A stretch of DNA of 64,000 nt from a virus (taxonomy: Duplodnaviria; Caudoviricetes), in IMG/VR virus record IMGVR_UViG_3300037692_000137, positions 170,229-234,228 of that record; one strand, written 5' to 3'. The notes under the pieces were generated by a model. That model saw only the letters and a list, made by a program, of their open reading frames with translations, was not told the DNA's origin and searched no databases. The position numbers and the translations under genes were made by a program. Position 1 is the stretch's first letter. Every line of letters starts with the position of its first letter. Shown here one piece after another: positions 29,180 through 36,983 of the stretch.

Positions 29180-29721
29180 GTGTACTCCTCTATGTTATCT
29201 TTATCATGGTCGATGGGTTTTATAGCGCCCGAAATTATTTTTTACAATAAAAAGGGCAGTGCTTTTTACACTACCCTTTCAGGCTTCCGATATTGCCTTT
29301 GTTACACACCTTTATCACAAGTTACTCCACTCCCAGCCGTTTTTATTTTAGTTTTAATTCACTCACTGCCTAATAGGTTAGTTTATAATAATATAGTATA
29401 CTATCCATAGTATCTACCATATTAAAGTAGACATGTTAAAATCGTTATATACTATTAAAATCGTTATATACTATTCGATAGATAATCTAGTAGACAACTT
29501 ATATGCTCATATATTTATACCATCGATAAATTAGTTATACTGATTATACTGGAGTTGTAGTATACCTTACTATAACTTTATACCCATTATCACACTAATC
29601 TACCTTATAACTAAGACTACACCACTATACTATAATACTACATTAATGGCAGTGCTGGCTTACTCTACTCTAGTTTACTAGTTTATTGTGTTACTAGTTT
29701 ATATAATACTCTACGGTAGGA

Positions 29722-29756
29722 CTACTCTACTCTACTCTACTCTACTCTACTCTACT
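29722..29756. repeat. (CTACT)7 perfect microsatellite in the divergent intergenic region
   Basis: Read directly from the sequence. Confidence 0.95.
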
Positions 29757-30044
29757 ATTATATTACTATACTATCATGGTCATCTATTTATAGGTCCGCA
29801 AACTATTTTATTGTATACACCTACATACAAACGCTATCGTTGTTATGTAGTTGAAATTTAAATAAAATATAGCCAAAGGGACCCATATAGTAAGTCATGT
29901 AGAAAGGTATATATTACAGACTTATAGGGCCCCCTTATGCGCATTTTTGATTTTTACCCTGAGTAATGATGGTTTGTTTTTTACCTGTATTGTGAAGGAT
30001 TACCCTTCTATTTATTAATCTTTAGTCCTGTAAGGAGATTTGTC

Positions 30045-30317
30045 ATGTCTACATCTATTATTTTAGCGCGGCCTTCAAACCTCTCAAATACTTTCTCTTC
30101 CTCCGATGGTAAAATCACTGCTATCGCTGGCCGTTGTGGTGAATTTGACAATGCCCACGTTCTGGAGGTTATCACCCCTAAGGGCACCTACCACCTTTCG
30201 GGGGACAGGCTTGGTCAGAATCTTACCCGTTACACTGGCTATGCCCCAGAACACTTCCTTATAGCAAAGTACGATAAAGGTTCTATTATCCTTAGCTGGA
30301 CACCTTATCGTAAGTAA
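30045..30317 (+). CDS. Early hypothetical protein (90 aa)
   Basis: AAGGAG SD; TPKGxYxL motif shared with 30714..30986. Confidence 0.6.
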   Translation: MSTSIILARPSNLSNTFSSSDGKITAIAGRCGEFDNAHVLEVITPKGTYHLSGDRLGQNLTRYTGYAPEHFLIAKYDKGSIILSWTPYRK

Positions 30318-30342
30318 TTATAAGGTATACGCCTTGTACTAA

Positions 30343-30410
30343 TGTCGAAACCCCGCTATGAGGGGGCCTGTTAGGACTGGACCCCCTAATACTGATGATG
30401 ATAGACCAAC
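30343..30410 (+). ncRNA. Type II hammerhead ribozyme, degenerate copy (U16.1 to C)
   Basis: UGUC-GAAA-CCCC/GGGG-C-C-UGUUAGG/CCUAAUA-CUGAUGA-U-GAUA. Confidence 0.65.
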
Positions 30411-30441
30411 TACTAACCTTTTATCCTGTAAGGAGGATGCC

Positions 30442-30678
30442 ATGAACATTCAACACATCTGTAAGTCCCAAACTAATTGTAAAGCACAGCCTGCTGCCAA
30501 TTGTGCTGGTTGTTTCTACTACGACACCGTAAAAGAAACTGCTATATGTGTATGCTGTAACCTGGCGGCTGACCAAGGCAGTGAGTACTGTGGCTTCTGT
30601 AATCCAGTCTACCAAGAGCGTTTCAGGAAAGCAGTTATCCGTGAATCCGCTGGCCTTCATAGTGAGTATGATATTTAG
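30442..30678 (+). CDS. Cys-rich early protein (78 aa; start re-called)
   Basis: AGGAGG SD before the ATG at 30442. Confidence 0.6.
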   Translation: MNIQHICKSQTNCKAQPAANCAGCFYYDTVKETAICVCCNLAADQGSEYCGFCNPVYQERFRKAVIRESAGLHSEYDI

Positions 30679-30713
30679 TCATCTCAACAACCTTTTATCC
30701 TAGGAGGATAACC

Positions 30714-30986
30714 ATGAGCAAACACGTCGCAAAACAACAGCACTCTTTCCCTTTAACAGCAGTAAAGACTGTAGGTAAACAGTCAGTTCTATTTGAGACC
30801 ACTCCTGCTGGGTTCTCAGTAGCTTGGTGCGACAGTACTCCTGATAGAGTTACCCTCACAACCCCTAAGGGTAAGTACACTCTTATCAAGCACAGAACAT
30901 TGGGCTACTACCACGGTGTTTGTGGTGGGTTTAAGGTTCAGGTATCACTTAAAGTCCAGGTGGGTGAGCTTCGAGCCTGGTATTAA
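30714..30986 (+). CDS. Early hypothetical protein (90 aa)
   Basis: AGGAGG SD. Confidence 0.6.
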   Translation: MSKHVAKQQHSFPLTAVKTVGKQSVLFETTPAGFSVAWCDSTPDRVTLTTPKGKYTLIKHRTLGYYHGVCGGFKVQVSLKVQVGELRAWY

Positions 30987-30989
30987 CCA

Positions 30990-31055
30990 CTGTCGAAACC
31001 CCTCTATGAGGGGTCTATTAGGGCCGGCCTCCTAATATTGATAATGACAGGCCAA
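30990..31055 (+). ncRNA. Type II hammerhead ribozyme (predicted cleavage after C31015)
   Basis: Stem II CUGUC/GACAG; GAAA; stem III CCCCUC/GAGGGG; GUC cleavage triplet; stem I UAUUAGG/CCUAAUA; core UUGAUAA (U3-A8 covariant of C3-G8) plus an extra U; loop I GGCC can pair with 3' GGCC. Confidence 0.85.
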
Positions 31056-31262
31056 CTAACACAACCTTTTATCCTGATGGAGGGATACCCATGAAAGAAT
31101 TACTTACAGCAGATGAGTCTTTTGAGAATGTAGCACATATACTTGAAGTATTAGCCCTGGCAGATGAGGCTGATTTTGAGTTTATTAATTAACATTTTTT
31201 TGCCAGATCTATGTGGCGTAGCATTACCCTATACAGCTGCTAAGCAGCAAAGGAGCAGTATT

Positions 31263-31463
31263 ATGTTTATTTGTGAGGTATGTGGCTGTGCTTTTGGCGG
31301 AGACTGGTCGCCGGTATGTGATAAACAAACGTGCTATGATGCCTTCATGCAGCATGCCTGCACTGATGAGGAGAACTGGGGGCCTGAGGACGGTGGATGT
31401 TGCCCTTGTAACAGCCCCAGTTGTGATGGCACTTGTGCTAAACAACAAGGAGAACTACTATGA
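31263..31463 (+). CDS. Cys-rich early protein (66 aa; start re-called)
   Basis: AAGGAG SD; MFICEVCG. Confidence 0.55.
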   Translation: MFICEVCGCAFGGDWSPVCDKQTCYDAFMQHACTDEENWGPEDGGCCPCNSPSCDGTCAKQQGELL

Positions 31464-31669
31464 ACTGTATTAAAAACTGTGTTAAATGTGTCGAGTCTGA
31501 GTGTGCTTCCCACCCACTTAAAGCACAACTTAAGAAGTGTACTCGTTGTGGAGCTATGGAGGTATTAACAATCACAGAGTATGGGGCCACAGCTTCCTGC
31601 CCTAACGATAAGCACCCCGCTCGTATCCTTAGCGCAGCCAGCAACGTATGGGCGGCTATGGGTTGCTAA
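31460..31669 (+). CDS. Cys-rich early protein (69 aa)
   Basis: AGGAG SD; coupled. Confidence 0.55.
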   Translation: MNCIKNCVKCVESECASHPLKAQLKKCTRCGAMEVLTITEYGATASCPNDKHPARILSAASNVWAAMGC

Positions 31670-31719
31670 CTACCAATGGGCCAGGACCACATGACTGACC
31701 CAAACTAAGGAGTTATAGT

Positions 31720-32007
31720 ATGAAGATAAACAACGCATTAAAAAGACTCATTGAAGAGGCCTTATCAGAGGCTAAGGCGGCCTCTACTGAGTACGTTGTA
31801 GTAAGATGCTTGTTCAGGCACGCTCTTTGTCGCAAAACACGCCTTTCTAAGGGCCAGGCTACATGGGTATGGCACAACATAGTATACGTTGACCCTAAGC
31901 ATGTATGTGGCAGGGAGCAGCGTGGTGAAATAAGTAGGTCTGACCAATGCGGGTTCAGATGTATCTCGCCTTTAGGCAACTGTCCTGACTTTAAACTTTC
32001 GCTCTAA
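31720..32007 (+). CDS. Early hypothetical protein (95 aa)
   Basis: AAGGAG SD. Confidence 0.55.
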   Translation: MKINNALKRLIEEALSEAKAASTEYVVVRCLFRHALCRKTRLSKGQATWVWHNIVYVDPKHVCGREQRGEISRSDQCGFRCISPLGNCPDFKLSL

Positions 32008-32019
32008 GGAGACATCACC

Positions 32020-32271
32020 ATGACTGCTAATACTGTCACTACTACCAATGAACATCCGCCGTTTGTAACCACTGGCAGCGGTGTTGGCCCATCATTTGTA
32101 ACCACCTATGAATGTATCATAGGATGGAAAGCTGTTTTGATTACTTGGGACGCTGAGTTTGGTTATATTCCAGATACTACTGCCTACTTCGCTCATCCAA
32201 CTGAAGACGTTGCTATCGAGGATGCTAAGCAGTGGGCGGAAGCCGAAGGAATTGAGTACCGTCCGCGCTAA
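32020..32271 (+). CDS. Early hypothetical protein (83 aa)
   Basis: AAGGAG SD. Confidence 0.6.
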   Translation: MTANTVTTTNEHPPFVTTGSGVGPSFVTTYECIIGWKAVLITWDAEFGYIPDTTAYFAHPTEDVAIEDAKQWAEAEGIEYRPR

Positions 32272-32310
32272 ATAGTTTATTTATCTCTAACCTTTTTCAG
32301 GAGAATTACC

Positions 32311-33072
32311 ATGAAATCTATTAAATCAATCGCAGTAGTAGCAATCATTGTTCTTTCACTCGTAGCCTGTAAACAAGAGGCTATGGTTAGTGCTCCTCAG
32401 CCCGCGGTAGTAGTTGGTAACGTATACACCACTGATGTTCTGCGTTATGAGGGCGACATTGTTAATAACATGCCCAATGGTAAGGGTGTTATCACCTTCA
32501 TCTGGGGTGATACTTATGCCGGAGATGTTGTCAACGCACTACCTAATGGCGGAGGTGTTATGCGTTATGTGGATGGCAGTATCTACCGCGGGCAGTGGAA
32601 GGACGGCCTGCGTGACGGGCATGGCAGGTTTGACTCATCTGATGGCAGCCGGTATAATGGTTCCTGGGTAGCAGGGAGTAAGCATGGCCAGGGAACACTT
32701 ACAGTGGATGGCCTTAGCCAGACGGGTACCTTTGAGAAAGACCAGCCCAAACGTGTTGTGGTTTTGGATACTAATACCTGTATCGAAGGTAACTGTCGCA
32801 CAGGCTATGGTATTAAACGCACAGCAGACGGTGTTTACTCTGGTGACTTCGAAAACGGTGACTTCCATGGACAAGGCACATTTAAGTATAGCAATGGTGA
32901 TACCTACAAGGGCAGCTTTCTCAAGGGACACATGTTTGGTGCTGGAAGGCTTACCAGCCCCAATAACCATTGTGTAACCATGGGTATCTGGGAAAGAGGT
33001 AAATGGGTTGAGGGTAACAGACGTTACGATGACGGTACACCTGAGTACATTCTTATGAGACACATTCTGTAA
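32311..33072 (+). CDS. MORN-repeat lipoprotein
   Basis: Signal peptide with lipobox LVA-C; repeated YxGxWxDGxRxGxG motifs. Confidence 0.85.
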   Translation: MKSIKSIAVVAIIVLSLVACKQEAMVSAPQPAVVVGNVYTTDVLRYEGDIVNNMPNGKGVITFIWGDTYAGDVVNALPNGGGVMRYVDGSIYRGQWKDGLRDGHGRFDSSDGSRYNGSWVAGSKHGQGTLTVDGLSQTGTFEKDQPKRVVVLDTNTCIEGNCRTGYGIKRTADGVYSGDFENGDFHGQGTFKYSNGDTYKGSFLKGHMFGAGRLTSPNNHCVTMGIWERGKWVEGNRRYDDGTPEYILMRHIL

Positions 33073-33083
33073 TTGTCGCTTCT

Positions 33084-33113
33084 CTCTGCTTATCTCCCGT
33101 TAGGTAAGCAGGG
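33084..33113 (+). other. Conserved hairpin, copy 1
   Basis: CTCTGCTTATC-8 nt-GGTAAGCAGGG just after a stop codon; related to 36398-36427. Confidence 0.6.
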
Positions 33114-33162
33114 GTTAGGAGACAAGAACAATAATAACCCTATCATGAAAAGGAGAAATATC

Positions 33163-33360
33163 ATGACCGCACAATTACGTTGGTTCGAGCGCATTCATCA
33201 GGCCGTTGTTGTTACACAAGATAAAGTGTGTAAATATCAAATTCACAATATGGAGGAGTTGGAAGTAGCCATTAAAGTATTAGAAAGTATGTTCAGTACT
33301 AGTGCTAAGCTGGTTAGTTCTAAGAAGCCAGATGTGTTCATATTTAACTTCAACAAATAA
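33163..33360 (+). CDS. Early hypothetical protein (65 aa; start re-called)
   Basis: AAGGAG SD. Confidence 0.55.
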   Translation: MTAQLRWFERIHQAVVVTQDKVCKYQIHNMEELEVAIKVLESMFSTSAKLVSSKKPDVFIFNFNK

Positions 33361-33434
33361 AAGGAGACACACGCCATGTCATTACGTTCAATTGTATGTA
33401 CGTGTCGCCGCACCCAGACAAGCCACACTTTCTT

Positions 33435-33502
33435 GTCGATTGGGCGACTATAAATAGGCATTAGGCCCAAAGCGCCCCTATCTATACCAGGTAGGGGGTT
33501 GC
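33435..33502 (+). ncRNA. Pistol ribozyme (predicted cleavage G33498/U33499)
   Basis: P1 GUCG/CGAC, loop AUUGGG pseudoknotting with CCCAA; UAUAAAUAG; P2 GCA/UGC; UUAGGCCCAAAGCG; P3 CCCCUAUCU/AGGUAGGGG; G-U cleavage dinucleotide. Confidence 0.88.
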
Positions 33503-33541
33503 TCTCTGTGTTAGTTTATTAACTTTATATAAGGAGATTGT

Positions 33542-33826
33542 ATGTCATATATCACACTTATTCATTGGACTATGCGCATATTTAAGAGTTCTTCTGTTCT
33601 TACTGTGCATGAAAAACAGATTATTTATGAAGTGCCTTTTTCCGGTTTATATGACGCTAAGTACATGCGTTATTTATTAATAAATAGGCTTATTCCAAAA
33701 GGAGAGTTAAGCGAATTAGATAAGTACATAAAAGAGGTACTTGTAGATGAATGGGATAAAGCATTAACAATAAGGGTGTGTGTTATTATACGCTATAACG
33801 CTGTCATAGGAGGTAGTCATGCCTAA
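33542..33826 (+). CDS. Early hypothetical protein (94 aa)
   Basis: AAGGAG SD. Confidence 0.55.
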   Translation: MSYITLIHWTMRIFKSSSVLTVHEKQIIYEVPFSGLYDAKYMRYLLINRLIPKGELSELDKYIKEVLVDEWDKALTIRVCVIIRYNAVIGGSHA

Positions 33827-34007
33827 ACAAAAAGGAGACACGTTGGTGCTTTATCAAAACATGTCAGACGGTCATTGGGTTAGGGGGTACTGCCTTTCGC
33901 CCGCATGTGCATGTAGTAACTACAGGAAAACACATTGTGACAATGGAACATGTCGTTTCTATAAAGAAGAGTTTATTTCTATTAAACAGAAAGGGGGTAG
34001 CTCATGA
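33819..34007 (+). CDS. Cys-rich early protein (62 aa)
   Basis: AGGAGG SD. Confidence 0.5.
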   Translation: MPKQKGDTLVLYQNMSDGHWVRGYCLSPACACSNYRKTHCDNGTCRFYKEEFISIKQKGGSS

Positions 34008-34172
34008 CTATAAGCACAGTAGCAAGGTGCTCTGTATGTAAACAATTAAAGAGATATTTCTATTTCTCTTTATCTGAGCAGGCTAAACTAAAACCAGCCG
34101 TGTGTAATGACTGTTTTGACTCAGTCAATGTACCTTTATTCACAATTATTGGCGTTGGGGGGGGGTAATATT

Positions 34173-34379
34173 ATGAGCACGTTCTTTATCACGATGGGTG
34201 TTGCTGCAGATGGGGGCTTTCAGCCGGTAAAAGCTGTAAAGCTGCCTAATAGCCGGATAGCTGTAGTAAACAGGAGCCCAATTACTACGCACTGTCCAGA
34301 GTTAGCAGAGGAGATAGCAGAGGCTTGGGCAAAAGAGGAAGGCTTAATCTACAACAAGAAGGAGAATGACTATGTTTAA
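34173..34379 (+). CDS. Early hypothetical protein (68 aa; start re-called)
   Basis: ATG preceded by a G9 tract that could serve as SD. Confidence 0.5.
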   Translation: MSTFFITMGVAADGGFQPVKAVKLPNSRIAVVNRSPITTHCPELAEEIAEAWAKEEGLIYNKKENDYV

Positions 34380-34602
34380 ACTCGACTCTCAGAACATACT
34401 TATTGGTGCTGTTATTGTAACAATTATCTGGTTCTTCAATTACATATTGGGTTCCATGCTGATTATTATAGCAGCAAGTGTTATCGGGTTGTTTATGTTT
34501 AACTGGCTTGGTAGTATATTCCGTAAGGATACAACAAAGCCCAAAGATAAGGCAAAAGACCCAACAGACTTGTCAGGGGCATTTAAGGAGACTAAACCAT
34601 GA
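34366..34602 (+). CDS. Small membrane protein (78 aa)
   Basis: Two hydrophobic segments; AAGGAG SD. Confidence 0.6.
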   Translation: MTMFKLDSQNILIGAVIVTIIWFFNYILGSMLIIIAASVIGLFMFNWLGSIFRKDTTKPKDKAKDPTDLSGAFKETKP

Positions 34603-34861
34603 AGATAGTAAAGGTAGTTTGCTCGTGGTGTATTGCTGAGGGGTTTCCTGTGACCCCTTTACATGAAATAGAGGTGCCTGATGATGTTGAAGGAGATTCA
34701 CACGGTATCTGCGAGTACCACGCCTCAGAGTTGGAAGAGATGCTGACGTTATACATGGAGTATGATGAGGAGTAAAGATATCAAACTTAATTACAAAGGA
34801 GACAGCAAAAATGTTCACATAACCTAAGGGAGGTGGTGCCTATGAGATAAGCGTTAGGGTT

Positions 34862-34940
34862 TAACGTGAAGGGCAAACCCGGAGCAATCCGGGGACGCAA
34901 AGCTATGGGCCCTCATTGTGAGGGCAGCCAGGTTACCAAA
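34862..34940 (+). ncRNA. c-di-GMP-I (GEMM-I) riboswitch
   Basis: AAG-GGCAAACC-CGGA-GCAA-UCCG-GGGACGCAAAGC-UAUGG-GCCCUCA/UGAGGGC-AGCCAG-GUUACC; GNRA loop; G at the position equivalent to G20. Confidence 0.9.
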
Positions 34941-34965
34941 CAAACCGAATTACAGGAGAATTACC

Positions 34966-35934
34966 ATGAAGAAATCAATCGTTATTTCCGCAATCGTTTC
35001 TCTTATTTCTATTATGTCTACCTCATCAGCACAGGGTGAACTCATTGATGGTCGTTTTACTGTTCTGGATACCACTACCAATTACGAATGGCAGAAACAC
35101 CCCTTCGTGTATACCAATTGGTATGACGGTAAGGACCAATGTGAAGACCTCGTTATGGATGGGCATGATGATTGGGTTATGCCTATGCCCGGCCATTTGA
35201 GAACAATCAAGGGCGTTATCCAGTACCTGGCATACAACTACATGTACTACCACACAATCAAAGAGTATTCAGCTACGGCGGACTACTCATACAACATTGA
35301 TACTGGTGTTGTTGGTGTTGTATCCAAATACAATCTTGGCAACGTTCGTTGTATGCGGGATGCTTCGGCTGATATGGCTGAGGTTATTACCAGCGTAACT
35401 ATCCAGAAAACCGGATATTACACGATGGCCACTTCCATTGCCAACGTAACTGGCATGGTATCAGCATTTGTTGATGGTGTTCTGGTGGCTTCTTACAATA
35501 CCGACTATATCAACACACCTGTTGGTATTGGCAATCTTACCGCCGGCCAGAATCTGGAAGTTACGGTCAATGGCGACAAGGCCGAGGGCATCAACGAAAT
35601 CGATTGGCAGAGTTGGGATATGACCTTTTCTGCCGGTGACATCGAAATCTATGTCGAAGACCCTCCGGTACCCAACAATTGTGTTGCCGCTGAGCCTACT
35701 GAAGAACTGCCCCCGCCGGTGATTGTTGAGGTGGGTATTACCAAGGCGCAAGTACTCAACAGTAAGAACAAGAGTACTTTAACGTTGGTATTGAACGTCC
35801 CTGAACAGATTACTATGGGAGACGGCCCCGCAGACTTCACGTTCTTCGTTTACAAGAATGGTTCAGATGTTGCGTATGTAGGTTCCACCGTAATGACACA
35901 CAAGGGGAATGGTAACATCATTTCCAATAAGTAG
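34966..35934 (+). CDS. Secreted DUF1566 (Lcl C-terminal-like) domain protein (322 aa; start re-called)
   Basis: CAGGAG SD; signal peptide; TVLDTTTNYEWQK...NWYDGKDQCEDL...GHDDWVMP...VRCMRD. Confidence 0.75.
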   Translation: MKKSIVISAIVSLISIMSTSSAQGELIDGRFTVLDTTTNYEWQKHPFVYTNWYDGKDQCEDLVMDGHDDWVMPMPGHLRTIKGVIQYLAYNYMYYHTIKEYSATADYSYNIDTGVVGVVSKYNLGNVRCMRDASADMAEVITSVTIQKTGYYTMATSIANVTGMVSAFVDGVLVASYNTDYINTPVGIGNLTAGQNLEVTVNGDKAEGINEIDWQSWDMTFSAGDIEIYVEDPPVPNNCVAAEPTEELPPPVIVEVGITKAQVLNSKNKSTLTLVLNVPEQITMGDGPADFTFFVYKNGSDVAYVGSTVMTHKGNGNIISNK

Positions 35935-35988
35935 TCTAACCAAAGGGGCGCCCTATCTGGGCGTCCCTACACCCAATGAGGTAATATT

Positions 35989-36390
35989 ATGACAGGGCAC
36001 TATAAACGTGGCATATACCACACAAATCAAGGCTTTGTTCACGTATATGCTCTCGAAAGTAAATGGTTGTATAAACGCGTATCCTTATCCTGTTTTACTG
36101 ATGTTGTAGAAGAAATGAATCAAGACACGTGGGATACTTGTGATGAAGTTAACGACTTGAACATATTAGCCAGATTTACACGCCCGGCTGATATTAGTGA
36201 CACATTCAGGATATGTGATGGAGCATCTACTTGCTTAAAGAACTGTTCAGCCAAGAAAGTACCTAATTCTGCTACGTGGATATCTACAGCAGTTTTAAAT
36301 AATCCTTCCGCCTGTATTCACTCAGACCACATAGATGGGGAAGAGCACGATTGTACGTACACAACTGTTTATGCCAAGTTAAAGCGTTAA
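35989..36390 (+). CDS. Early hypothetical protein (133 aa)
   Basis: GAGG SD; N-terminus resembles 38160..38405 (G.Y.G..G...V...E.KW.Y++V). Confidence 0.55.
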   Translation: MTGHYKRGIYHTNQGFVHVYALESKWLYKRVSLSCFTDVVEEMNQDTWDTCDEVNDLNILARFTRPADISDTFRICDGASTCLKNCSAKKVPNSATWISTAVLNNPSACIHSDHIDGEEHDCTYTTVYAKLKR

Positions 36391-36397
36391 CAATTCT

Positions 36398-36427
36398 TCC
36401 TGCTCATCAACTATTAGATGAGCGGGG
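36398..36427 (+). other. Conserved hairpin, copy 2 (possible pseudoknot to 36431-36437)
   Basis: TCCTGCTCATC-AACTATTA-GATGAGCGGGG; loop complementary to downstream AGTAGTT. Confidence 0.6.
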
Positions 36428-36639
36428 CTGAGTAGTTAAACCCGTACCACTTAATCTCTATACCAAGGAGGAGACCCATGAAACCAAAGTGTGGCTGTAC
36501 CGAATATGTGCTATGTGACAGATGTGCTATCATCCTGATGATGAAGATATTGTATTCATTTAGAAACGGTATTAAAAACGATACCACTACAACTACTAAT
36601 ACTGAACCTAAATAATTTATTCACTTGTGGAGGTGTACT

Positions 36640-36963
36640 ATGTTGGAAAAATGTAATGTTATCGAAAATAGTGTGTTGTGTGGTGAACCCGTACTTACAG
36701 ATGGTGCTTGTTATGACCACTGTGTTCCCTGTACTGTATGTGGTGAGCCTATTTCTAAACTTAAAGACAAACCTGTATGTGACTTGTGTGCGTACACCTC
36801 AGTACAGATGATTCCTGTCTATGTATGGCCGGATGATACGTGGATGTATGCGCATGAGTATAACGATGTTGAGGATGCCTGGCGGGGTGATGATTACACC
36901 ATCAAATACTTCTCTGGGGATTCTACGTATGAAGAAGTTGATGAGGCAGTATTGTCAAAGTAA
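36640..36963 (+). CDS. Cys-rich early protein (107 aa; start re-called)
   Basis: GGAGG SD. Confidence 0.6.
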   Translation: MLEKCNVIENSVLCGEPVLTDGACYDHCVPCTVCGEPISKLKDKPVCDLCAYTSVQMIPVYVWPDDTWMYAHEYNDVEDAWRGDDYTIKYFSGDSTYEEVDEAVLSK

Positions 36964-36983
36964 ACACTTGTGGAGGTGTGCTT

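Noticed and set aside
34157-34165. G9 tract as a phase-variation switch
   Set aside because: It lies at the very end of a small ORF and doubles as an SD; length change would have little predicted effect
35495-35520. GATATAGTC (group I S element) on the minus strand
   Set aside because: No matching P, Q or R elements; it falls inside an intact plus-strand CDS
34966-35934. DUF1566 gene as a diversity-generating retroelement target
   Set aside because: No reverse transcriptase and no adenine-variant template repeat seen in this window; cannot be excluded for the rest of the genome
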